A stretch of DNA of 64,000 nucleotides from a virus: the IMG/VR virus record IMGVR_UViG_3300035670_000027; one strand, 5' to 3'. The position numbers and the translations under genes are program-made. The notes under the pieces were generated by a model. The model worked only from the letters and a program-made list of their open reading frames with translations. It did not search any database and was not told the DNA's origin. The stretch's first letter is position 1, and the number at the start of each line of letters is the position of its first letter. Shown piece by piece: positions 9,908 through 18,301 of the stretch.

Positions 9908-9936
9908 AGTATAGCAGAAAGTCGCTTAAAGGTCAA
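9908..9936 (-). promoter_or_regulatory. sigma70-like early promoter for primase
   Basis: TTGACC-17-TATACT. Confidence 0.75.
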
Positions 9937-10368
9937 CTAGCCAAATAATGCAAGAAGTGCTTCTATTCTAACATTGGAGATAATCCATGCCAAAACAACT
10001 ACGCCACCGGCAATCATCCACTTCCATTGAAGAATCTTTTTGAGGTCTTCATCCTCTTTTTGATTGTGTTCGCTAATGTGTGAACGCAAAGACTTTATCT
10101 CATCCATAATCCTACGCTCAGTCAATTCTATCTTATCAGATAGATTTCTGTCAACTGTTGATATGCGAGAATGGAGTTCTTTGATATCTTGTCCTGTATC
10201 GTCTTCTCTTTTGTTCATGTCGTTATAAATCTGATTGACCATGCGATCATTATTGTCCACCAATTTTTCTATAATGGTGTCCATCTTTTGGCACAATTGC
10301 GTGATGTTGGAGACCTGAGTTTTCAGGACCTCCACATCAACTCTAAGACTAACTGTTGAATCTTCCAT
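9937..10368 (-). CDS. coiled-coil protein with C-terminal TM helix (lysis-cassette associated)
   Basis: heptad-rich body followed by WKWMIAGGVVVLAWII. Confidence 0.6.
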   Translation of the reverse strand: MEDSTVSLRVDVEVLKTQVSNITQLCQKMDTIIEKLVDNNDRMVNQIYNDMNKREDDTGQDIKELHSRISTVDRNLSDKIELTERRIMDEIKSLRSHISEHNQKEDEDLKKILQWKWMIAGGVVVLAWIISNVRIEALLALFG

Positions 10369-10605
10369 TTACTTTGGTGGAACTTTTGTTCCTTCAAGTT
10401 TCTTATGTACCTTCATTTCTTTGCATTCTTGAACCTGCTTGCCATCTTTACCCATGACTGGCTTGCCATCTTTGGTTACTTTGTCAATGCAAACTTTTTT
10501 AACTTGTGCAGGTACGGGTTCTTTTTTTGGTTCTTCTTTAGCACATGCGGCAGTACCGAATGCCAAAGACATTGCAACAAATGTAGATGTGATTAATTTC
10601 TTCAT
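10369..10605 (-). CDS. small exported protein or lipoprotein
   Basis: signal peptide ending TAAC; two additional Cys. Confidence 0.6.
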   Translation of the reverse strand: MKKLITSTFVAMSLAFGTAACAKEEPKKEPVPAQVKKVCIDKVTKDGKPVMGKDGKQVQECKEMKVHKKLEGTKVPPK

Positions 10606-10859
10606 AGTTCCTCCTGATGGTTTGTATATTTATCGATTGAAGGTTTTCTATCTGCAAATCTTTCGGTGACTGTGACACCTAATCCTGCGATTGCAATAAA
10701 CATCATACCTTCAAACATGTATTCATGTACTTCATAGCCAAAAAATAAATTTGCGAAAAAAGCAATGCTACAAAAACAAAATGCGGCGAATGTTACAACT
10801 CGCTTACTACTCCAAGTTCCATCCGCCCCATCTTGCAACATGCTTTTGAAAAACGACAT
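10602..10859 (-). CDS. two-TM membrane protein, holin candidate
   Basis: SSKRV followed by two hydrophobic helices; lies in the lysis cassette. Confidence 0.55.
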   Translation of the reverse strand: MSFFKSMLQDGADGTWSSKRVVTFAAFCFCSIAFFANLFFGYEVHEYMFEGMMFIAIAGLGVTVTERFADRKPSIDKYTNHQEEL

Positions 10860-11345
10860 TTAAATCTCCGGATGATTCACCGGTGCTGGTCCTGGCTTAC
10901 CACCAAATCCTGACACCACTTCTCCAGTAGACATAGATTCATAATCAACTTTTGGTTTTTCAAATACTGGGTCTTCTTTCTTAAAAGGATTCTTTACATC
11001 ACCGAATCCAAAACCACCTGATGTTGGTGCTGGTGGTGGCGGTGGTGTGTATGGTTTGTTTGCGGCTTCAAGTGCTTTCATTTTCATGTCTTTGTCATCG
11101 CCAGCAAGCATGATGCCTGATAGAGTACCAGTCAAGAATGTTGCGATTGGAATGATTAACTCAAAGAATTTGTTGTCAACTGGTGACATACCATTCATTG
11201 GTTGAGTAACAAAGATAAGAGAATAAAGAACAACAAATACAATGCCGAACAATGTGAGTCCTAGCACAATGCCGATGAAAAATTTTAATCGTGCATTGAG
11301 TTCTTCTGTGGTGTATTTTTCACCTCTAAATAAACTGTCTAACAT
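10860..11345 (-). CDS. two-TM membrane protein with Pro-rich tail
   Basis: two TM helices, PPPPPAP tail. Confidence 0.6.
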   Translation of the reverse strand: MLDSLFRGEKYTTEELNARLKFFIGIVLGLTLFGIVFVVLYSLIFVTQPMNGMSPVDNKFFELIIPIATFLTGTLSGIMLAGDDKDMKMKALEAANKPYTPPPPPAPTSGGFGFGDVKNPFKKEDPVFEKPKVDYESMSTGEVVSGFGGKPGPAPVNHPEI

Positions 11346-11569
11346 GATCCCGCCCCTCCTTGTGCTGGTTTATTACTTGGTGCTGGTTTTGGTGCACCTG
11401 GCTTTTCATAGTGAGTTAAGTCTTCAGGACATGTTCCATCAGCACTACACCATGGCTTCTTACATTCTTGTTTGTCCCAATTGTCCGGGTCTTGACATGG
11501 GTATCTAAATCGGTCACTACATCCAGTCATCATCAAAGCGGCGATTCCCGCAATGATTAGTAATTTCAT
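11339..11569 (-). CDS. Cys-rich lipoprotein
   Basis: lipobox MTGC; RYPCQDP motif with four further internal Cys. Confidence 0.65.
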   Translation of the reverse strand: MKLLIIAGIAALMMTGCSDRFRYPCQDPDNWDKQECKKPWCSADGTCPEDLTHYEKPGAPKPAPSNKPAQGGAGSC

Positions 11570-12195
11570 TAGTGTGCTCCTAATACATGAAGTGCATGGT
11601 TGTAATGCTTAATGCGATCTTCAAGACCGATAAAACCACCATTGATGCGCTTTGTTAAAGTTTTAATATCACCGCTATCTGCCCACTGGTTGAGTTTGTT
11701 TGTCTCCCAGAACCAACATGCAGATTGTGCGGCACCTTCGAATGTGCCAAGATACTCGGTTGCTTCGTCAGCAGAAATCTCTAATGATGCGGCGAACCAA
11801 GTATAGTTATCTCTACCTGTCAATTGAATCAAACCACGACCACGATACTTCCAGCCATCACCTGATGCTTCATCACGATTGCCCATGCGATTTGCATAGA
11901 CACGATTTGCGATTGCTTGTGCTTTGTTTGGTCTGCTTGCGTACTCTTGTGCTAGTGCATCTGTTGGGAAGTACTTTGGAAAAATCTTTCTTAGCGTTTG
12001 CCAACGATAGTTTAGATTCTCTTCAAGAATTGCAAAGTTTGCAGATTCGTGGGCGCATTGTGCAATGAACGCCGCCATTCTCTGCGGTGTATTAATTTCG
12101 TAATCAGGAAACAATTGTGCTAGAGCGCCATGCCAATATTCGACATACTTGTTTCTAGGCAATAATTGTTTCAATTGGTCTAAGGTTAATTCCAT
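11569..12195 (-). CDS. GH19 (chitinase-like) endolysin
   Basis: AQCAHES, YRGRGLIQLTG, TKRINGG motifs. Confidence 0.9.
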   Translation of the reverse strand: MELTLDQLKQLLPRNKYVEYWHGALAQLFPDYEINTPQRMAAFIAQCAHESANFAILEENLNYRWQTLRKIFPKYFPTDALAQEYASRPNKAQAIANRVYANRMGNRDEASGDGWKYRGRGLIQLTGRDNYTWFAASLEISADEATEYLGTFEGAAQSACWFWETNKLNQWADSGDIKTLTKRINGGFIGLEDRIKHYNHALHVLGAH

Positions 12196-12209
12196 AAGCC
12201 ATCCTTTCT

Positions 12210-12599
12210 TTATTTACTTTTCTCAGATTTTTTCGCAGGCTCATAATATTCTTTATACTTAACGATGATTGCTCTTTGCTTCACAATATAGTTTCTCAAC
12301 TCTGCCATTGTTAATGACAACTGCTCATAGCCTTCATCGGTAAGTGCAATTAAAACAAGATCAACATTCTTTTCTCTTAGACTGTTCCATACTTGTTCAG
12401 CATTCTCTGGTGTGATTACAACCCATTGTACATCACGCTTTTCTAGCGGTGGAGGATCACTCAGATTTAATGGTGTCTTTTCTACTGCTACAGTTTTTAC
12501 CTCTAGAGGTTTTACATCTGTACCCCACTTAGGCAAAATAGAGCAACCACTAATTAGCGGGATTAGTGTAGTCGCTATCAATAAGGTTCGGACATTCAC
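12210..12599 (-). CDS. o-spanin (Rz1-like lipoprotein)
   Basis: GTG start after GGAGG; lipobox ISGC; overlaps the i-spanin. Confidence 0.75.
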   Translation of the reverse strand: MNVRTLLIATTLIPLISGCSILPKWGTDVKPLEVKTVAVEKTPLNLSDPPPLEKRDVQWVVITPENAEQVWNSLREKNVDLVLIALTDEGYEQLSLTMAELRNYIVKQRAIIVKYKEYYEPAKKSEKSK

Positions 12600-13032
12600 G
12601 ATTTGCCTCCGTTGGTGTTTTTGCTTTTTTCTCTGCTTCATTCAATGGTGCACCAGATGCAAGTTCTAAACAACGCAATGCATTTGTTGTACCACGATTA
12701 ATTAGTTCTTGTGCTTTCTCTGGATTGTTTGCAACAAACGCACCAAAGTCTCTCTTATCAAATTTCTTTGTTAGATTCGCAACATCTTTCTTTTGCTTTT
12801 CATTCTCAACTTCTAATTCTTTGTTAATGGTTTGAATCTGTGCAACTTCTTTCTGCATATTCTCTATGACTTGATTCTGTTTCTCTGCGGCATCTTTCAA
12901 TGTTTTTGCATTCATTTCAGACACGGCTAAGTCTGCTTTCAAATTAGTGATATACCAAATACCACCAATCACGGTAAGCACAACTACCGAAATCAAAACC
13001 ATACGAATTATCGGAACAATTGCGAGTATCAT
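12550..13032 (-). CDS. i-spanin (Rz-like)
   Basis: N-terminal TM, long coiled coil, two C-terminal Cys. Confidence 0.75.
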   Translation of the reverse strand: MILAIVPIIRMVLISVVVLTVIGGIWYITNLKADLAVSEMNAKTLKDAAEKQNQVIENMQKEVAQIQTINKELEVENEKQKKDVANLTKKFDKRDFGAFVANNPEKAQELINRGTTNALRCLELASGAPLNEAEKKAKTPTEANRECPNLIDSDYTNPAN

Positions 13033-14087
13033 ACTTTTAACTTTGGATTACTTGTCATGAAATTCTTTTTTCTCATAACTGTTTTAGCAACTAGGTCCAA
13101 CTCTTCAGCATCACGATCCCACTTGAGTACAAATGGCATATTGATATCTGATGCCATGTCAGCAATAACTGCTTCAGCGTCAGGACCTAACTTTGAAATT
13201 CTTTTACCATGAGTGTTATATGTCTTGCGGAACAAGGCAGTCAACTCATCTGTTGTAATATCTTTTTGATTTCTTGCATCGTTAACACGGTCTAGAAAAT
13301 GTCGAGTAAATTCTACATCAATGCCAAGTGCTTTAAACAACTTATCAGCATAAACTTCGATGCCTTTGAGATCACCTTGAGTAATGCTCTCCATTACTTG
13401 AAATGATTCTGTGAACATTCCACTACGACCATAACGCAAGAAAATCATTGCGCCTGTTTTATCATCTTGAAGTATGATGGGTTTCTTTGGATACTTACGA
13501 CCATATTGACGAATCTCATTGCCAACTTCATCGTTACCAACATATGTTTCATACTTCAGATACTTCTTCTTACCTAGTCTTGCTTTGTTAAATCTTTCTG
13601 TGTCAACTACGAACACATCATTGTTTGCAAACTTTGCTCTGCGAACAAGTGCCATCTGTGCTTTCTTGCCAACTGGTGCATCATCACCTGTGCCAGCAAT
13701 TTGTCCACCACCAACTGCATTGACTGGTGCTTCTTCATTTAATTTCTTTTCAAACTTCTCATTTAGTCTATGTTTGCGAAACTCTTCTTCAAAGTTTTCT
13801 TCAGTCAAATTCTTTTCTTCTTTAATTAACCACAAAGCGGCGGCATAAGATGCAAGGCGTGTTTTACCACCTGGAATTGTACCAAGCAACTTCTTTAACT
13901 TGATCATGAGAACATCAAAGGTTGTCAGAGAATCTTTCTCTGCCATTGTTCTACGATCATCACCTTTCTTCAGAATGTTACCTTGTGAATCAATGACGCC
14001 AAGTTTATAGGCATCCCACTCAGTAAAAGGCTGAGTAAGTCTTCTTAAGATTCTGTAAACAACATATAAGTCTACTAAGTTTGCCAT
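13029..14087 (-). CDS. modular late protein, probable capsid-internal polyprotein
   Basis: three domains separated by LTEE/LNEE/FTES/VMES acidic linkers. Confidence 0.6.
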   Translation of the reverse strand: MANLVDLYVVYRILRRLTQPFTEWDAYKLGVIDSQGNILKKGDDRRTMAEKDSLTTFDVLMIKLKKLLGTIPGGKTRLASYAAALWLIKEEKNLTEENFEEEFRKHRLNEKFEKKLNEEAPVNAVGGGQIAGTGDDAPVGKKAQMALVRRAKFANNDVFVVDTERFNKARLGKKKYLKYETYVGNDEVGNEIRQYGRKYPKKPIILQDDKTGAMIFLRYGRSGMFTESFQVMESITQGDLKGIEVYADKLFKALGIDVEFTRHFLDRVNDARNQKDITTDELTALFRKTYNTHGKRISKLGPDAEAVIADMASDINMPFVLKWDRDAEELDLVAKTVMRKKNFMTSNPKLKV

Positions 14088-14434
14088 ACTCTTCTCTGAA
14101 TTTCTTCTAACAATTCTATGTCATGTTCAACATTGTTCTTTATGTAATTTAGAAAAATCAAAAAACTATTTAAGACTTTGTGATTTTCTTTCTCTACTTT
14201 AAATGTTAACATGTTGACCGTTGCTTCTACCCCAAAAACATTTGAGAGAAAGATGATATGATTCAGCACCAGTCTTTCTCTCAACTCTCTTTTCTCAGAG
14301 TACTTGTTCAGCAGTCGCTTGATATACTTAATTTTATTTAAGTCTTCAAGAAACTCAAGTACTGATATGCAATTTGGATTTTGATAATTGTTGATTGCAT
14401 ATTCATCAAAATCATCTTCATTCTGTATTAGCAT
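14075..14434 (-). CDS. conserved T4-like hypothetical protein
   Basis: YQNPNC, KYIKRLL, ERLVLNHII motifs. Confidence 0.7.
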   Translation of the reverse strand: MLIQNEDDFDEYAINNYQNPNCISVLEFLEDLNKIKYIKRLLNKYSEKRELRERLVLNHIIFLSNVFGVEATVNMLTFKVEKENHKVLNSFLIFLNYIKNNVEHDIELLEEIQRRVWQT

Positions 14435-14439
14435 AATAA

Positions 14440-14859
14440 TTAGAATGCGCTAAGTGAAGCCCTCACAATGTTTGTTGAGTTCGCCGCAATGTAGATGTAG
14501 TTATCATCCCATGCAATTGTACCAACTGCCCAACCAACTGCGGTATTGTTACCACTTGCTGGTGTTTGTTTTGTGCGAATACGAATCTCATCATTGTTGA
14601 AATCTGCAAGACCGACAACCTCAAAGCGAGTGTTTGGTGTAACCTTAACAACATCACCACCAATCGTTGCAGTACCAGATGTGGTATTTGCGCTAATATC
14701 GATTGTGCTGAAAACTGTTTGAGATGTTTCACCAAAGATATCACCGAGTTCAACTTTCTTTGAAACTGGTGATCCTGATGGATCGTCAATAATCAAAAGA
14801 AGATCAGTATTTGCTGGTGCAGTCAATGCGGTCAACTGCGTTACTTTTTTATCTGCCAT
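14440..14859 (-). CDS. putative virion structural/fibre protein
   Basis: MADKKVTQLTAL start; GTIAWDDNYIY beta-rich C-terminus. Confidence 0.6.
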   Translation of the reverse strand: MADKKVTQLTALTAPANTDLLLIIDDPSGSPVSKKVELGDIFGETSQTVFSTIDISANTTSGTATIGGDVVKVTPNTRFEVVGLADFNNDEIRIRTKQTPASGNNTAVGWAVGTIAWDDNYIYIAANSTNIVRASLSAF

Positions 14860-14881
14860 TTAATTCTCCTAATTTTATAAA

Positions 14882-14899
14882 CCCCCTCCGAAGAGGGGG
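14882..14899 (-). terminator. C(UUCG)G hairpin, weak terminator or stabiliser
   Basis: CCCCCTC-TTCG-GAGGGGG followed by TTT. Confidence 0.6.
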
Positions 14900-14933
14900 A
14901 ATGCTACTCCTGGGACTCAGGCCAAAGTGTTAC

Positions 14934-15680
14934 TTAAACAACTTCTGTAAGTGTTGCGTTAGCGGAAACTGTATTTGCAGTTACACCAGCCGCAGACAAC
15001 TGAACACGATAGATGTATCCATCAAGTCCTGTGTTATCAGAAATTGTAAGTGTCGCATTACTTGTGTTAGAGTACACACCAGTATTAGTTAGATTCACAA
15101 AGCCAGCGCCTTGATCTTCTTGCCAACGATAGTTAATTGTAGTACCTGCTGGTAGTGTGCTTGCAACAACTGAGAACGAAACTGCATCACCAGTATTTGC
15201 TGATGAGTTTTGTGGCTGAGTATTGATTGTAATAACTGTGTCTGGATAGACAACATCTTCAGCGTCAGCAGAAATGCTAGACAATGCAACCAATACTTCA
15301 CGCTTGTCACGGGTGCGACCATGAACATCTGTGTAAGTATTGCGTAGAACCCAACCTGCATCTCTTGTGGTTGCTTCTGCTTCAGTTGTATCAACACCGA
15401 AAGTCTTGCGACCATCAGCAGGTGTTAAATACTTTGGTGTGTCTTGACCAGTAATGGTACCACCAGAAACATTAGAGCCAGAGAATGCTGGACTAATTGT
15501 TAGGTAAGTATCATTAGCGATTGCGACAACCTTGTATTTGCTATCTGAAATTGTAATCATGTCGCCAATGTTTAAATTAGCGGTAAATGAGGTACTTGTT
15601 CCGACAACAATTGTTTCAGTATTGTTAACATCTACAGTACCGGCGATTGAGAATGAATCTCTTTTTCCCCATAGTGCCAT
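14934..15680 (-). CDS. virion structural protein with Ig-like C-terminal domain (Hoc-like decoration candidate)
   Basis: MALWG start; ITINTQP...YRWQ...LTIS...DGYIYRV Ig I-set pattern; late promoter upstream. Confidence 0.7.
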   Translation of the reverse strand: MALWGKRDSFSIAGTVDVNNTETIVVGTSTSFTANLNIGDMITISDSKYKVVAIANDTYLTISPAFSGSNVSGGTITGQDTPKYLTPADGRKTFGVDTTEAEATTRDAGWVLRNTYTDVHGRTRDKREVLVALSSISADAEDVVYPDTVITINTQPQNSSANTGDAVSFSVVASTLPAGTTINYRWQEDQGAGFVNLTNTGVYSNTSNATLTISDNTGLDGYIYRVQLSAAGVTANTVSANATLTEVV

Positions 15681-15692
15681 TGTTTTTCTCCT

Positions 15693-16184
15693 TTAGTATC
15701 CTAATCTTCGTAGTTGAGATATGGTTTTCATAGTATTTATATGACGAATACCTATACCACCCTTTGCAACCCATTCATTTATGTTTTTAATGTGGTCATC
15801 GATAAGTAAATTTGGTTTGCCATCTTTTGTCATAGCATAATTCTGCTTTTGTTCACGAGGAACAAGGTGTGTTTCTTTCACACGACCCAAATGCTTACGA
15901 ATCCACTCTATTTTTTCTGGTCTACAAGTTGGCATTCTTTTAGAAGGCGTAGAAAGAATGATTGGATTGTAACCACGAATAAACTTCCATAATGCCATGC
16001 CATCTGGCATAGGGTCTAGGTTTGCCCAAAACTTGGGTACCCGTTTTAGTGCTTCCCATTTCGCTTCCTTGTCTTCGTCTGGGAAATCACGCAAGCCTTG
16101 CATACGCAATGCTTCATTGGCGCCGCCTAAAAAATTGACTAGCACCTGGTCCATATCGCAATAAATTTGTGGTAACTGTTCCAT
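15693..16184 (-). CDS. HAD-family 5'(3')-nucleotidase-like phosphatase
   Basis: YCDMDQVL (DxD) and LLIDD motifs. Confidence 0.8.
   Translation of the reverse strand: MEQLPQIYCDMDQVLVNFLGGANEALRMQGLRDFPDEDKEAKWEALKRVPKFWANLDPMPDGMALWKFIRGYNPIILSTPSKRMPTCRPEKIEWIRKHLGRVKETHLVPREQKQNYAMTKDGKPNLLIDDHIKNINEWVAKGGIGIRHINTMKTISQLRRLGY
15734..15741 (-). promoter_or_regulatory. T4-type late promoter TATAAATA
   Basis: exact octamer about 55 nt upstream of the structural gene start at 15680. Confidence 0.7.
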
Positions 16185-18014
16185 TTAATTCTTTTCATCG
16201 ACCTCTGGATCAATCGTAATAGGTTCTTTTTTATTGCTTATCTTTTCGCCGCTTTTAACTGGCTTTTCTTTACCAGTCGCTTCTTTTTTCATTTCTTTCT
16301 TTTCAGCCATAATTTTTTTAACGACATTTGCTCCAGTAGACTTCATCTTACCTGGAATCATTACGCCTTCTTCTTTTGGCTTCTTGCCTGCTTTCTTCAT
16401 AGAGATTGCAATGGCGGCTTGTTGTGCAGGTGATGATGCTTCTTCAACTTCTTCTTTCATTTTCTTTTCGTCTGGGCTCTTACCAAAAGTCTTATGCACA
16501 AGTTTGTCTAACTTTGTGTGAAACTCAGTTTCTTTTTTCTTGCTTGCGCCTTCGTCTTTTGCTTCTTCTAAAGCGGCTTTGGCATCATCCATAGACTTGT
16601 AGTACTTTGTTTTTTTGCCGTCTTTGTATAGTGCAAACTTTTCATCGCCATACTTTTCAATATGATCGTTACCTTTTTTCCACACTACAGGACCACCAGA
16701 TTCTTCAAGTGCCTCTTCTTCGTTCATCTTTCTCACTACACGATTCTGTGCAAGACCAGAAACAAATTTGATTTTTGCACCTGCCAATTGCTGAAGTGTT
16801 TTGATATCAAGTTTGTCAAGCATTGCAGTAAGTTTCTTGTAATTGTCACTTGCTGGATCAATCTTGCCAATCTTCTCATATTCTTGACGCAACTTTGCAA
16901 CTTGTGCAGAAGACATGCCTTCTTCAAGTTCTTCTTTTTTGATTGGCTTCTTTTGTTGTTGCATTGCTCTTCTTTGCGCCGCAAGTTTTTCTAAACCAGG
17001 ATTAACATATTTTTCTTCAACATCTTCTTCTTTGATTGACTTCTTTTGTTGTTGCTTTTTCATTGCCATCTTTGCTAGATGTTTTGCAATAGAAGGACCA
17101 ACGCCACGCTTGCCAGGAACAACACCAGGATTCTTCTTTGGTTTGTCTGGTGTGAATGGTAAGTCTCTTTCTTCATCGAGGTCTTCTTTGTACATGTTGA
17201 GTTCGTAACGCTTGTTGTCAAGGTTAGTCACCTGTACTTGAATTGCTTTTTTACCAGTCTTATCTAGCAAACGATATGCATTTGCTTTACCAGATGATGG
17301 TTTCTTTGGACCCATCGCAACATTGCGGTCAATCTCTTGTGGATCAACTTCAATGTTATATTTCTTTTTTGCAAAATCATATGCGTGTGCCATCGCTGAA
17401 GAAAAGTCTTTGTGATAGAGTTCATAGCCTGTACCAGACTTACCTTCTTCAAGTTCTACATCTTCTTTTACTTTTTTATCTTTATATGATTTGTACAATG
17501 TTTTTAATGCATCTTGCTTAAGTTTGTTAGTTTTAATTGGGTTCGCTTTTTTTCCTGTTGGCACACCCTCCGCACCACGACTTGAAGATGGTTGAGATTT
17601 GTCCATTTCATTGATTTCAACTTCTTCAGCCACACTACGAATCACCTCAGCAATTTTTGATGCGGTTGCTTCTGGATGACGCTTAACGGCTGATGCAAAT
17701 TCTTTGTCTACCATCTTCTTGGCAGACTGAGGATTGTTACCATACTTGATTAATAGTTTAGTAACATCCTCTTTGCTAACAGGCTTTTTTGCTTCGTCAA
17801 GATTAGCCTCCTCATTCTTTGCTTGATGCATTGAATCAAGTGTATTGAAGAATGCTTTCTTTTCGTCTGGCGACAACTGGCTCAATGAAGTAATGCCTTT
17901 CTTTTTCATCAAGGCTTTTACTTTCATCTGATATTCAGTTTCTTCAGTTTGAATCTTCTTGACTGCATCAAGCAATGATTCTGGCAAACCAAATTTGTTT
18001 GACATGTGGTCCAT
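16185..18014 (-). CDS. Lys/Glu-rich modular protein, probable gp21-processed internal head polyprotein
   Basis: about ten repeated (K/N)E-E-x-(L/I/V)-x-E linkers separating short basic modules. Confidence 0.65.
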   Translation of the reverse strand: MDHMSNKFGLPESLLDAVKKIQTEETEYQMKVKALMKKKGITSLSQLSPDEKKAFFNTLDSMHQAKNEEANLDEAKKPVSKEDVTKLLIKYGNNPQSAKKMVDKEFASAVKRHPEATASKIAEVIRSVAEEVEINEMDKSQPSSSRGAEGVPTGKKANPIKTNKLKQDALKTLYKSYKDKKVKEDVELEEGKSGTGYELYHKDFSSAMAHAYDFAKKKYNIEVDPQEIDRNVAMGPKKPSSGKANAYRLLDKTGKKAIQVQVTNLDNKRYELNMYKEDLDEERDLPFTPDKPKKNPGVVPGKRGVGPSIAKHLAKMAMKKQQQKKSIKEEDVEEKYVNPGLEKLAAQRRAMQQQKKPIKKEELEEGMSSAQVAKLRQEYEKIGKIDPASDNYKKLTAMLDKLDIKTLQQLAGAKIKFVSGLAQNRVVRKMNEEEALEESGGPVVWKKGNDHIEKYGDEKFALYKDGKKTKYYKSMDDAKAALEEAKDEGASKKKETEFHTKLDKLVHKTFGKSPDEKKMKEEVEEASSPAQQAAIAISMKKAGKKPKEEGVMIPGKMKSTGANVVKKIMAEKKEMKKEATGKEKPVKSGEKISNKKEPITIDPEVDEKN

Positions 18015-18301
18015 TATAGTTCCTCTCTAATTTCTAAAACTAAGTTTCCGTTACCTTTTAAAATTCTATGATACTGCATAGCCTCGATAAAATAAATTTT
18101 TCCTTCTTCTAAATCTACTGGAAGTTCATTGTCCATTTGCAACTTCCAATCTTTAGATTCTACAACTTTGACATAGCGATCTCTACGATCACGATGCCAT
18201 ATTAATTCTTCGCCAACAACATTATCATCAAATGTTCTGTGAATAATACCTTCAGCCCAAAACTCTGAGTAAGGTTTACCAGAAGAAGTTTCCACCACCA
18301 C
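18014..18301 (-). CDS. small cupin-like protein
   Basis: LIWHRD...YHRILKG two-His cupin-like pattern. Confidence 0.55.
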   Translation of the reverse strand: MVVETSSGKPYSEFWAEGIIHRTFDDNVVGEELIWHRDRRDRYVKVVESKDWKLQMDNELPVDLEEGKIYFIEAMQYHRILKGNGNLVLEIREEL

